From Octopus sinensis (lineage: Eukaryota): DNA of 64,000 nt. Numbering within the stretch: the first letter of the stretch is position 1; each line of letters starts with the position of its first letter. The notes under the pieces were generated by a model that was given only the letters and a program-made list of their open reading frames with translations, was not told where the DNA came from and did not search any database. This document shows, one piece after another, positions 1-11,634 of the stretch. Location: the NCBI RefSeq assembly GCF_006345805.1, contig NC_043004.1, positions 96,286,001-96,350,000 on the forward strand, read 5' to 3'. The position numbers and the translations under genes were made by a program.

Positions 1-8
1 ATTACTAC

Positions 9-67
9 CTGCTTTTATAGCAAGTTGATGCAGGTAGTTTACCCTGTCCCTCTCTGACTTTTAGTTC
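9..67 (-). other. candidate small internal exon (59 bp)
   Basis: Minus strand: tttttttcaattgcAG acceptor, GAACTAAAAGTC...AAAAGCAG, then GTAGTA. Only phase-0 frame is open (ELKVREGQGKLPASTCYKS). No recognisable homology. Confidence 0.25.
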
Positions 68-128
68 CTGCAATTGAAAAAAATAAATTATCTATGGGAT
101 GACCCAATGTGTGTGTGTATGTATATAT

Positions 129-345
129 ACAAAATAAGAAAATGGAGAAATACACCTTAATCAATAATCAACTACCAGATAATACCCATTCACATAATTT
201 ATTAACCAACTACGTATGAACATCAAGGTCACTATTATGTTTGACCTTGATGTTCATATGTAGTTGGTTAATAAATTATGTGAATGGGTATTATCTGGTA
301 GTTGATTATTGATTAAGGAGTGTTTCTCCATTTCCTTATTTTGTG
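129..345. repeat. fold-back element, ~100-bp near-perfect inverted arms, in TA/TG microsatellite context (likely Penelope-like terminal repeat)
   Basis: caaaataagaaaatggagaaatacacc...catcaaggtca (129-231) is the reverse complement of tgaccttgatg...tttccttattttg (242-343); ~10-nt loop. Confidence 0.9.
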
Positions 346-659
346 TTATGAATTTGTGGTAAAACATTTTACCTTCGCCCATATAATACAATAAATGAAT
401 TAATTGCATCGCAATTCTTAACATTTATGTATTAACTTTGTTGGGTGCTTTACTGGCAGTATATTGGATATATGTTATCCCATGGTGGGTTGCACTCACA
501 ACCCCTATCTCAATTTGTAATTTATATATATATATATATACTTTGAGTATGGTAGATGAGTTCAACATAAATTTAGATTCAGATGAATATGGTACTTAAG
601 TTGAGGCACCAGAATTTAGTATGGTATTATCCATACAATTTCAAAGTAAGGTGATTAAA

Positions 660-966
660 ATCAAAATAAGCAACAAGGATATCCAGAGATAATGCAGTAC
701 GATCGTTTCATGCAACTCTATTTAATTGAACAATGCAATCATGAGGCAGCATGTTCTTTGTCTATCTCCTTAACTTCTTGGATATTTTAGGTATAATTAT
801 ACTAAGGTGTCCATCTGTTATAATTTAATTAAATTCTGTGTCTTTGTGCAGCTGAAGATTGCACTGCATTTTAAACTGATGTAATGATTGCATTGTTCAA
901 TTAAATGGAGTTGCATGAAACGATCATACTGCATTACTTCTGGATAGCTTTGTTGCTTATTTTGAT
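660..966. mobile_element. Penelope-type inverted terminal repeat with hammerhead-like fold
   Basis: 660-742 is inverted relative to 883-966; right arm runs into a (TA)n tract; contains CTGAAGA...GAAAC-GATC-(G/A)TA. Confidence 0.7.
847..933 (+). ncRNA. degenerate type I hammerhead-like motif
   Basis: Stem I tgcag/ctgca, core CTGAAGA (852-858), stem II tgca/tgca with long insert, GAAAC-gatc-ATA. The left arm (- strand) keeps GAAAC-GATC-GTA-ctgca. Confidence 0.55.
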
Positions 967-1319
967 ATATATTATATATATATATATATAATATAAAATA
1001 AATAAATATAAGAGAGTGGTCACTATATGGCTCACTCTAGCACCAGTTAATCCAAAAGGTTTCAACCACAAAAATACATGTTTCCCATGAAAGTCAGTAC
1101 GATTGTTAGCTCACACGGACAGGGCAAATAAATACATACATACAGATGCTCATCTGGATTCCTATAGTAGTCGCTCTTTACCTCACAGACTTAGTCTTTG
1201 ATAAACATTTTAGAGTGTAAGTTCAAATCATTTGTTTACTAATATATGTTTTCTATGCTGAGCACCTCTTGATCTCCCTTATATGTATATATGAATACAT
1301 GAACACACGCACACAGATT

Positions 1320-1356
<37 letters not shown>

Positions 1357-1929
1357 GTATGTGTGTGTGTGTTAAACATTAATATACTTTCTTGAGAAAC
1401 TTGTAAGTGTAATCAAATGAATGCATGAAAAAAAACTACTTGTTTGAGAAACTAAACATCAGCATGTCCACTGATCAATTGAACTGTAGATAACAAAAAG
1501 GTCCTCCCTAGATAAAGGACCTTGTGAATTTCAAAGCTCATTTTATAAGCATCACCTATTTAAACTTTTAAAGTTTACATGACACATTTTGAACAATCAT
1601 CTAATGTACACAAATATACTGACAAAATATAAGATACATACAAAACTAAAACCTTCATGCACAAAAATTCCTTATAAGCAACATCTAGAAACCATACAAT
1701 AAAACTAATGTCTGGAAACATAATGTCATGAACTGAAGCAAAGGTGCTAGTCACCCTCCTAAAGATAGAAAGTATCTTGCTTTGTGCAACTTTATGTTTT
1801 AGAGGTTTAAATGCTGTTATAGCAACCTGCTAAATATGAAATAGATATTGTAAATAAGTTTATTCTCAAAGCCACCTACTCATATAACAGAAGAGCTGCA
1901 AGGGTTGAACCTATGGGGTTGTGGTGTAA

Positions 1930-3330
1930 TTGTAATCAACAGGTTCCACAACATCAAGTATAAAGCAGCCTGCAAGTTCACTCAATTCATTATCATGAAC
2001 TACTGTCCTTGAATTTTGGGATCTTTCCTCCGGAAGGCCCTAGCTTTAAGCAGACAATTTACCAGCATTATCGACCTTGATGTTGGAATCATTGTGGATA
2101 CTAGGAAGGTTGGTTTCCTGAACATAATACTAGATCTCTAGACATGCAAGTATTGCCTCTGCAAAAAGCCCAATGAAGAAGCTTTTTGTATTTGTTGATA
2201 CTCTAGTTATCTCAAATATATTTAGAAACATAATCATAGATAGCAGCAGAAGAATCTTCAATCTATTGACGAAGTGATAGATTTTCAACAAAGCTGCACA
2301 CCTCTATGAATGCTACTACCCAGGAGAGGCACTGCTAGTAGTTTAGTGCATATCGAGATTCTGTATCTTACACTGAGTGAGTTAGAATGAAAACAATGAT
2401 TCAGTTTAATTCTCTGTGCAATCTATTTATTTCCACTAGTATATCTAGGAGCTTACTCTTTACTCTTTACTCTTTACTCTTTTACTTGTTTCAGTCATTA
2501 GACTGCGGCCATGCTGGAGCAGCACCTTTAGTCGACCAAATTGACACCAGGACTTATTCTTTGTAAGCCCAGTACTTATTCTATCAGTCTCTTTTTGCCG
2601 AACCGCCAAGTGACAGGGACGTAAACACACCAGCATCGGTTGTCAAGCGATGGTAGGGGGGACAAACACAGACACACAAACATATACACACACATACATA
2701 TATACGACAGGCTTCTTTCAGTTTCCGTCTACTAAATCCACTCACAAGGCATTGGTTGGCCCGAGGCTATAGCAGAAGACACTTGCCCAAGATGCCACGC
2801 AGTGGGACTGAACCCGGAACCATGTGGCTGGTAAGCAAGCTACTTACCACACAGCCACTCCTGCGCCTATCTTGAAACAAATCAAAAAGCACTTCCCCAA
2901 TGCCCATAAATACAATAAGTTCTATAATTTCTATAATGTCAAGGTTGATAACTCATGCATAAATAGTATTGCATCTAACATTGCAGGCTAGAACAGAAGA
3001 AAACACTCACCCACAAAGTTTTCACTCTGCTCTCTAACCTGTAACTATACCAGCTCCCCATGGGAAGCATTCAGTCACTGAAAAGATGTGATTCATATAG
3101 CCACCCCTCACACTATCCAATGGCATCATGAGGCATTACATGGGCATGACAGCCAATAGCTTTAAGCTTTGATACACACAACACAAACAATCCTTTAGGT
3201 GTAGGAACAGGAGAAAACTCTACCTCATTGTTCCACACCCTTTGGAGACACAAGAACTATAAAAGAAATTTCACCAACATTAACTGAAGTGTTCCTGATA
3301 GGGTCATTCTTTATTCACTCAATGCTTCTA
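1930..3330 (+). pseudogene. decayed Penelope-like element ORF (RT, thumb, GIY-YIG endonuclease), split by a SINE
   Basis: Broken translations KFTQF.., VGFLNIILDL*TCKY..KKPNEE, IFNKAAHLYE, LKQIKKHFPNAHKYNKFY..VKV..SC, HYMGMTANSFKL*YTQHKQSFR and NSTSL match PLE RT and GIY-YIG motifs; many stops and frameshifts. Confidence 0.85.
2455..2868 (-). mobile_element. SINE family A (tRNA-like head, internal TA/TG microsatellite, CR1-type tail), full length
   Basis: Head GGCGCAGGAGTGGCTGTGTGGTAAG...GGTTCAGTCCC (A/B-box-like) and tail CAGCATGGCCGCAGTC..GACTGAAACAAGTAAAAGAG; >15 copies in window. Confidence 0.92.
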
Positions 3331-3739
3331 GTGAGAAACTGCATATACTCCACTAACCTATCATTCTTTAAAACAATGTAAACTAATCTATGATACGACT
3401 AATTTCCTGAATACTGTTATTATTAATGTTACTTTTATAAAACAGTAGTTAGATATGTTTAGCCTATTATTGTTTTTAAATTTTGAATTTTCATTTTCAA
3501 TTTTCATTGAATTAAAAAAAAAATTATTAATCAATGTTAATATCTGAAAAGATAAAAAAAATGAAACATAAAAATTTTTTCTGTCCACTCATAAACGCAC
3601 CACATATCAAATATCCCTCATGCACACATAGGCATGCACACAGACAAACACAGATGCATACACATATAGAGGAAGAAAATACATTTTTTTCAATAGTAAC
3701 CTGAAGAATATTGATAATCCATAAAAAAAATCTACCCAC

Positions 3740-3805
3740 CTTCCCCAAACAAAATATTAAGAACGTGCCCATACATCTAATATTATCAATAATTTCTTGA
3801 CTCAT
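3740..3805 (-). other. candidate first coding exon (22 codons)
   Basis: ATG...GGGAAG|GTGGGT donor, phase 0 (MSQEIIDNIRCMGTFLIFCLGK); phase-compatible with 9-67; no homology recognised. Confidence 0.2.
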
Positions 3806-4089
3806 TTAGACTGATCGGCTTTCAGAATGAAATGATGGAAAGTGGAGGAAGTGATGAGTGGGAAAATTGTTAAAAATCAGAAGATTGCAATAAAAAAAAA
3901 TAATCAAATAACAAAATAAAACCTAAAAATATTTTTTTTCAAAAAGTCTGAAAAAAGAAAACTAACAAAATGATTTACTTTCTTCTCCACTCCCTCCCCC
4001 ACCTCACTGTAATCTCCACACTATAATCATTCTGTTCAGAATTAATGGAATTCTGAAAGATTTTGTTACAAATTTAAGTTTCTTAGCTT

Positions 4090-4167
4090 TAGAAGTACAT
4101 ATATATATATACATAAATAAATATATGTAAGTAAGCATACATACATAACATATATATAATATATATA

Positions 4168-4212
<45 letters not shown>

Positions 4213-4424
4213 TCATACAGACACATAAATAGGCATATACACTTTATATACGCATATGTATATATACATGTATATATGTGTGTCTGTAATGAATATGTAT
4301 GTATATATACACTTGCACTTGTATAAATATATATGGAAATTGTTATGTATGCATTTAGCTGTAAACAGGTACACACACATACCCATCCACGTCTCTCTCT
4401 CACTCTCTCTCTCACACACTCTCT

Positions 4425-4461
<37 letters not shown>

Positions 4462-4529
4462 ACACAGGCATGTATGTAAGAAAGTATCTGCTGATATATG
4501 TATATATGTACATAAATTCATACATATTT

Positions 4530-4561
<32 letters not shown>

Positions 4562-4864
4562 ATACATACATACACACTTATACATACATATATGTGTGTG
4601 TGCATATATATATGTATATATATATATATATATATAAGAAAATAGTAAAGTGTATACACATGTGTGTATATATATATATATGTATGATATGTATATCTGT
4701 ATGAATAACTGAATGAATGAATGAATGCATATGTGTATGTTTTTATATATGCATACCCACCACACCTGCAAAGCAATATATGTATATGTGAATAATATTT
4801 ATCATTTTTTATAGCAAAAAGTGTGCATAAGCAAGTATATATGCATACATACATACATACATAC

Positions 4865-4939
<75 letters not shown>

Positions 4940-4940
4940 A
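4090..4940. repeat. compound (TA)n/(CA)n/(CT)n/(CATA)n microsatellite field
   Basis: Direct reading; explains the YI/CV-rich ORFs. Confidence 0.95.
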
Positions 4941-5804
4941 ATGTTTGTTGCTGTCTATGCATACTAATTTCCATACGTCACCATTTAGTATACATTACCA
5001 ATATTACAGCACCATTTATTGCAACTCTAAGCAATATGTTAAAAGTATTTTAAATAAAGTGAACTATAATGAACATCGGTAACATTCTCCCCTCTTATTT
5101 TATCATCAATACTTTTTTTGCTTCTTTACACTTTGATATGTTATATTCTTACTTTGTCACTTTTTACAATATATATATTTAACATTTATTATATCTTGAG
5201 TCAGTCAACTGTAGAAGCCATTTTTTTTTCCTACTTTATATCTACGTTTCTATCTTATTTTTTCCCTTGTTTTTTTTTATTTCTGATTTCGTCATTTTTC
5301 TCCATCATCATCATCATCATCTCTCTCTTCTTCTTCACTTCTCTTTTACTTTACCTTACTATATTTATCTATCTATCTTACATCTTTTTGTCTCGTTTTC
5401 TTTTATTTCTGTTTTCCATTTTCCTCTAGTGGCCTCTTACATCTTCATTTTGATGTCTATATATTTTCACATGTCTCCTTGTATATTCTTATATCTGCTT
5501 GTGTCCTCTTGTGTCTCCTTATGTTTGTTGTGCCTTCTTTTTCAGTGTCTCTGTGTCTACCATGCCTTTTCATAGCTCTTCATATCTTCTCTTGATTTCT
5601 TGTATCCCCTTGTGTCTTCTTCTACCTTCTTATGTCCTCATGTCTTCTTGTGCCCCTTGTGTCTTCTTTTTGCTTTCCTTTGGATATTTCCCTTGTCTTC
5701 TTGCATATTTTTGTGTCTCTTTGGATCCCTCTGCATCTCCTAGTCTTTTTATTTCCCTTTCTTTTTCCTTGTATCTCCACGTGTTATTTTCTCTCCCCTG
5801 CTCT

Positions 5805-6175
5805 CCCCTTGTGTCTTTTGTACCTTCTTTAGCATGTCCCCTAGTGTTTTCTCCTTTTCTTGTATCTATCTCTTGTTGTCCCCTTGTGCCTTTGGAACCT
5901 TCTTTTGCATGTCCCCTAGTGTTTTCTCCTCTTCTTGTATCTATCTCTTGTTGTCCCCTTGTGCCTTTGGAACCTTATTTTGCATGTCTTCAAGTGTTTT
6001 CTTCTCTTCTTCTTTCTGTCCCTTGTTGTCCCCTTGTGTCTTTTGTACCTTCTTTTGCATGTCTCCTAGTGTTTTCTCCTCTTCTTGTATCCACCCCTTG
6101 TCCCCTTATGTCTTTCGTACCTTCTTTTGCATGTCCCCTAGTGTTTTCTCCTCTTCTTGTATCCTCTTGTTTCTT
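5805..6175. repeat. pyrimidine-rich minisatellite, ~75-bp unit x ~5
   Basis: Repeated ccccttgtg(t/c)cttt(t/g)g(t/a)accttcttttgcatgtcccctagtgttttctcctcttcttgtatc. Confidence 0.9.
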
Positions 6176-7622
6176 TCCTACCCTCCATCTTTTCTTTCTA
6201 TTGTCTTGTTTTCTCCTTCTGGTATGTCTTCTACTTTTATATATGTCCTCTTTTATTCTGTCTGTCTCTATTCACCCCCCCACCACTTCTGTTACTTCTG
6301 TTTGCTATCTACCACCACCACCACCACCAAGGCTACCACTACTTTGCAGAAATGCAACTTGTTTAATGCTTCACACACCTCTGTTGTTCAAGCATTATCC
6401 TAATAAACTTTAACCTTGTATTTTCATATACATTGTGTTTCCTTCTGTTGTTACCCTACGTCTTCTTTTGCCTTCTTTATGTTCTTTTGCCTCCCTGTGC
6501 CTCCCTGTGCCTCCCTGTGCCTCCTTGTGCCTTCTTTTGTCTCCTTGCACTTTCAAATGTCTCCTTGCATCATCTTGTGTCACCTTATGTCCCTTTGTGT
6601 CCCCACGTTCAGTTCCTTCCTTCTGTCTTCTTTTTTTTCTCCTGTCTTCCTCTCCCCTTTCTTGTATCAGTTTTCTTTTCTTGTGTAGGACTTCTTTTCT
6701 TCTGCTCTCCTCTGTTTTTTTCCCCCATTCATATCTTTCACTTCTTTTGTAATCTTTTCTCTTGCTACATTCTGTCTTCTGCTACCATCACTACCATCAC
6801 TACCACTAATACCATCACCATCAAAGCTACTGCCATCACTGCCACCAACACTATCACACAACCAACATCACCACCTCACCACCACCACAACCACTACCAT
6901 CACCAACATCACTACTACTTGCTGAAATACAAATTGCTTAAAAGTCACTGTTGATCAAACATTATCCTAATAAACTATGGTCTTCCATACATACCAGAAT
7001 AAATTCAATTTCCAATACTAAAATTATTTGTTCTGAAATAATATAAAGGACAAATATGTAATAAAATTATAATTTTCAGCAGCAGTATTATCATTCCAAT
7101 TTTATTACCTATATCATAAGATGCTTATTGAGGGACAGAAAAGAAGGAAAAGAAAATAAAGATAGACAAATCTTATAAATTTTCCTTTTTATCATTCCTG
7201 TTTTGAGACTAATATTAATAATTTGACATATTTCATTTCTATAACATCAAATTAAATTGGAAAATATATTTGAAAATATAACTGTATTTCTTTCATCTTG
7301 TTATATTTCTGGTTCTATTTGTTTTTCATAAATATTAATATCTTCTATAGGCACTTGGATTTTGGTTTAAAAGTGAGAAGATTTTGTATCATTCATGCCA
7401 TATTTCTAAATGATGTGGCATAAATGACACATGATATGAAAAATGAACTTAAATTAGTTATATAGGTATAATTATATCAATGCTTCAAGGACATATTCCT
7501 ATCAACTAACTAGTATAGTCACATATACCGTATCATGTCTGATCTCACACCTATCACTTTGAAAAAAAAATTGCTTCTTCCTGAATCATATAGACTCATA
7601 GAGCTGGTTTTCTGGAAATTTT

Positions 7623-7675
<53 letters not shown>

Positions 7676-7689
7676 ATATATATATAAGT

Positions 7690-7893
7690 AGTTAATCCAA
7701 ACATGAAAATACAAAGAGAAAATACAACAACGCGAGGATGTGGAACAAGTAGAGTGTTATTGGACGCTCAGGAAAGAAGGAGGCTTTAACGTTTTGAGCG
7801 GAGCTTTTTGTCAGAAACATAGGAAAAGGAAAGATCCAAAGAAGGGAAGACAGAGGAAAAAAATCGCCAACGGTACACACACGGTCACATTTT
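7690..7893 (-). mobile_element. Penelope-type terminal-repeat fragment in (TA)n with decayed HHR motif
   Basis: Minus: tttCTGACAAaaagctccgctcAAAACGTTaaag (7784-7817); same family as 18747 and 27105; flanked by TA tracts. Confidence 0.6.
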
Positions 7894-7949
7894 GATATAT
7901 ATATATATATGTATATATATATGTATTATCTTCTGGATGAGATGCTATT

Positions 7950-8110
7950 CTGTCACAGGAATGCTCATTTTTGCCAGCTGAGTAGAATTGAGCAACATGA
8001 AATGAAATGTTTTGCTGAAGAACACAACACATTACCTGGTCTAGGAATTGAAACCACAATCTTATAATCATGAGTTCAAAACCCTATCCACTAAGCCATG
8101 CACCTCCACC
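7950..8110 (-). mobile_element. degenerate tRNA-headed SINE (family B/C) 5' part
   Basis: Minus: gtggaggtgcatggcttagtggataggg...gtttcaattcc...ctcagctggcaaaaatgag. Confidence 0.75.
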
Positions 8111-8176
8111 ACCAATCACCATACCTTAATCCTTACTTCTTTGAATTTTCTTTTTCATTAATATTTATTTTTACAG

Positions 8177-8277
8177 ATGACAATTTACAGACGTTCAAAC
8201 TGAACTCTATTTCTGCCAGTCACACAAGATTATAAGAGTCTTAGAAAGTCTGTGAATTAAAACTAGATCAGAATAAA
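8177..8277 (+). other. candidate terminal exon
   Basis: ttttttacAG acceptor; frame DNLQTFKLNSISASHTRL* (TAA 8233-8235); AATAAA 8272-8277. Confidence 0.25.
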
Positions 8278-8349
8278 CAAGTTGTTGTTTTACTGTCTTA
8301 ATTCTATTCTGTTCACTTTTTAATCCACAAAACAAATAATTGAAGGGAA

Positions 8350-8810
8350 CAGCTGGCAAACAGCCATGCTACACAGCAGTGAAACATGTGCTGTGACCGC
8401 TAAGGACATGTGTAGGCTTGAAAGAAATGAAGCTAGTATGCTTTTCTGGATGTGCAATGTGATTGTGGATGTATGACAGAGTGTAGGCATCCTGGGAGTA
8501 AAGTTGGTCATAAGAGGCATCAGAAGTGGTGTGCAAGAGAGATGACTGTGCTGCTGGATGCATATGGATGAGGAAAGCTGTGTACAGAAGTGATGATATC
8601 TAACTGTGGAGGGAACTTGTAGATGAAGCAGACCCAGGAAGACATGGGACATAGTGGTGAAGATTGATAATCGAATGTTGGACCTCATGGAGGCAATGAC
8701 TAGTGACTGAGACCTTTGGTGATATGACATGCATAAGAAGAATCATCAAGCCAACTGTGGCCAATGCTAGTGTCATGAAACAGACACACATGTTGGTGGC
8801 ATGTAAGAAG
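8350..8810 (+). mobile_element. RTE-clade LINE 3' remnant
   Basis: Broken MLHSSETCAVTAKDMCRLERNEASML.WMCNV...VQER..., ..RPRKTWDIVVK.D..ML.L.EAMTSD.DLW, typical of the RTE ORF C-terminus. Confidence 0.85.
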
Positions 8811-9115
8811 ACAGACAAGAAGAAAGGCCAATCAGGCAAACAAGGAAGGTCTATGACTTGACAAAAGAGAGAGTTTGACGTTTTGAGCATAGCTCTTCAT
8901 TGGAAAGTAGTATGGGAAAAGTGTAAAAAAGGAAAAGAAATCACTAACACCACGTGAGTAATTACACACATGCTGTTGGTTATTTCCCTCCCTTCTTTGG
9001 AATCTGCCTTTCCTCTTTTCCGATGAAGAGCTAGGCTCAAAACGTCAAAGTCCCTCTTTTTACCAAGCCTCAAGCTAATACATTTCTTGTGCACATCCTC
9101 TTGCTGTCTGTTAAT
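8800..9115. mobile_element. Penelope-type inverted repeat with decayed HHR motifs in both arms
   Basis: 8863-8907 inverted to 9017-9061; plus arm CCGATGA-a-GAGC-tag-GCTC-aaaac-GTC-aaag. Confidence 0.6.
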
Positions 9116-9149
9116 TTTACTTGTTTATTTGAATTGATTCATTTGAATA

Positions 9150-9250
9150 GACTATATATATGTATATATATATATATAATATATATGTATGTATGTATAT
9201 ATATATATATATACACACACACACATATATATACATATATACACATACAG

Positions 9251-9285
<35 letters not shown>

Positions 9286-9348
9286 TATATATACATATAT
9301 ACATATATACATATATACATATATACATATATACATATATACACATAC

Positions 9349-9440
<92 letters not shown>

Positions 9441-9537
9441 TATATATATACACACACATATATATACATATATACATATATACATATATACATATATATA
9501 TATATACACAGACATATATGTATGTATATATATATAT

Positions 9538-9569
<32 letters not shown>

Positions 9570-9600
9570 ATATACACACATATGTATATACATATATCCA
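9150..9600. repeat. long (TA)n/(TACA)n microsatellite
   Basis: Direct reading. Confidence 0.95.
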
Positions 9601-9995
9601 CACAAGCAGACACAAACATACAAGTACACACATACAAGTGCAACTCTGGGAAAAACAAACAATTCCTATGAACAACAATCATTTTTTGGTGATAAAAAAT
9701 ATTGATAGAATCAAAAGAAAATCTGTAAACATGACACACATATTTTTGAAACTTCTTTGGCTTTTTTTTGTTATATTTTTTAGTCTCTGTCAAAATAAAA
9801 CTGATTCAATAAAAAAAAACCCAAATAAATATCAATGACAGCACCAGACTAATATTAAAAATGATTTCTCATAATGGCACGAGTTACATAATCAGTTGAA
9901 ATGACCCGGAGTGCATTACTGGTACCTATCTTATGAACTCAGATAAAAGAAATGGCAAAGCTGGGTGTGGTGGGATTAGAACAAGAATTTACAAT

Positions 9996-10520
9996 ATTTT
10001 ATTTTATTTTTATTTTTATTTTATCTAGTTTCAGCTCATGAGCTGTGGCCATGCTGGGGCACCACCACTCGGTGTTGCTACATGATTTTTACTTCACAAA
10101 TGCTTTTTAGCAATTGACATTTGGTGTATGAGAGAGTTCGATGCAGCTGCCCTCATCTGCACCTCCTGCCGTGAAGTTGGTTCATCTGGGACACCTGACA
10201 GGAAGAGATCCAGTTTTATTTTAAAGACATCTGCATCCACCCCATGCAGGTCTCTCAGGTCCTTTGGGAGGATTTTGAAGAGCTGTGGACCTCTGAAGCC
10301 CAGGCTATCACAGTATCTTGTCCTACATCTTGATGGCAAATTTGGAGTCCTTGGCACTATGCAGTGGCGCCTAGTTCTAGTATTTGTGTAACTCTCGATG
10401 CCAAAGTTTGGGACAAGTCCTTCCAGGATCTTCCAGATGTATATTATGGCATATCTTTCTCGCCTACGCTCTAAGGAATAGAGTCTTAATCTCTTGAGTC
10501 TTTCCCAATAGCTTATATGA
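9996..10520 (-). mobile_element. 5'-truncated CR1-clade LINE (ORF2 C-terminus, 3'UTR, (ATAAA)n tail)
   Basis: YWERLKRLRLYSLERRRERYAIIYIWKILEGLVPN...SLGFRGPQLFKILPKDLRD...FKIKLDLFLSGVPDEP..RAAASNSL, open to stop at 10094. Confidence 0.92.
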
Positions 10521-10579
10521 GGTATTTAGTAATATACATCAGCAGTTTTTCCACCAGACTGTCCTTCATCTAGGTCTCG

Positions 10580-10770
10580 AATTTTGGCACAAGGCCAGCA
10601 ATTTCGGGGGTGGTGTAAGTTGATTACATTGATACCTGTGATCAATTGTTATTAATTTTATCAACCTGAAAGTTGACCTCATCAGAAATTGATCTCAGAA
10701 CATAAAAACAGATGAAATGTCACTAAGCACTTTGACCAGCATGTTTACAACTCTGTCAGCTTGCTGCTTT
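10580..10770 (-). mobile_element. SINE family D (Nin/Deu-domain-like), degenerate
   Basis: Matches the cleaner copy at 45331-45558. Confidence 0.75.
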
Positions 10771-10838
10771 TGAACTGTCTTTGATATCAATAGTAATAAG
10801 TACTATTTCTTGCATAGGTGTATGTATAGCTGCATAGT

Positions 10839-11424
10839 ATATTTCATTTCATTGGCCATGAAGGTCGTATACAGAGGGAGTAGCTTGCGGGCTGGACATA
10901 GAAACACTAATGAAATGAGTGATGAAAAGGATGGTATAAATGGGAGAAGACAAAAAATGCCCGCAAATCTTCTACTTTTCTAAAACATTGTTCTTTTTTC
11001 TTTCAAAACAAAAAACAAAACTAGGTATTAAACCTCTTACCTCCACTCTACAATTACTGAGCTTAAGAGTCCATTACAAATTGAGGCACTGAGCCTCTTT
11101 CAAACAATAAACGTTTAGGCACTAAAGCCTCTTTATCCTTCCTCCCTGACCAGGCCATATGCTTCCTGCTGGCAATGCTCCAGCTCCAGGTCGGTGCCCC
11201 AGAAGATGAACATAAATTGGTCCTTCGGAAAGGAGTCCATCACCCTGAACATATCAACGTCCATTATGACCTCCATAGTCACCTGCGGAGGCCAATCCGG
11301 GTCTTCAGTCCAGGGCTTGGTCTCCTCCCTCTGGCACTCTAGCTTCCTTAAGAAGCTCTGAATTGCCCCTCCCTTATGGAAGAAGATAACAAAACCATCT
11401 CTCATCTCTCTTGAAGGGGCCACG
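10839..11424 (-). mobile_element. 5'-truncated retroposed unit with unrecognised ORF C-terminus and (GAAAT)n tail
   Basis: 15-bp TSD gtatagctgcatagt at 10824-10838 and 11425-11439; ORF 11133-11423 open to the 5' truncation point; inserted in the head of an old SINE A. Confidence 0.8.
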
Positions 11425-11634
11425 GTATAGCTGCATAGTTAAAAAGTTCAATTTGCTACCACATAACGTTGATTTCAGTCCCACTGCAAAGCATCTTGTC
11501 TCGTGTTTTCTTCTGCTATAGCTCAGGATTGCTGAAAGCTTTGTGAGTGAATTTTGCAGATGGAAGCTGAAGGAACACCATCACACACATGCACACACAC
11601 ATATATATATTAACAAAAAGTTAAATTTGGGTCA

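Noticed and set aside
4089-5053. YI/CV/HT-rich ORFs here and at 9.1-9.8, 17-19, 22, 29, 44 and 47.6-49.5 kb
   Set aside because: Translations of di-, tri- and tetranucleotide microsatellites, open on both strands.
5499-6413. 304-aa L/S/P/C/F-rich ORF
   Set aside because: A-poor pyrimidine minisatellite lacks stops by composition; overlapping frames are also open, and the minus frames checked have stops.
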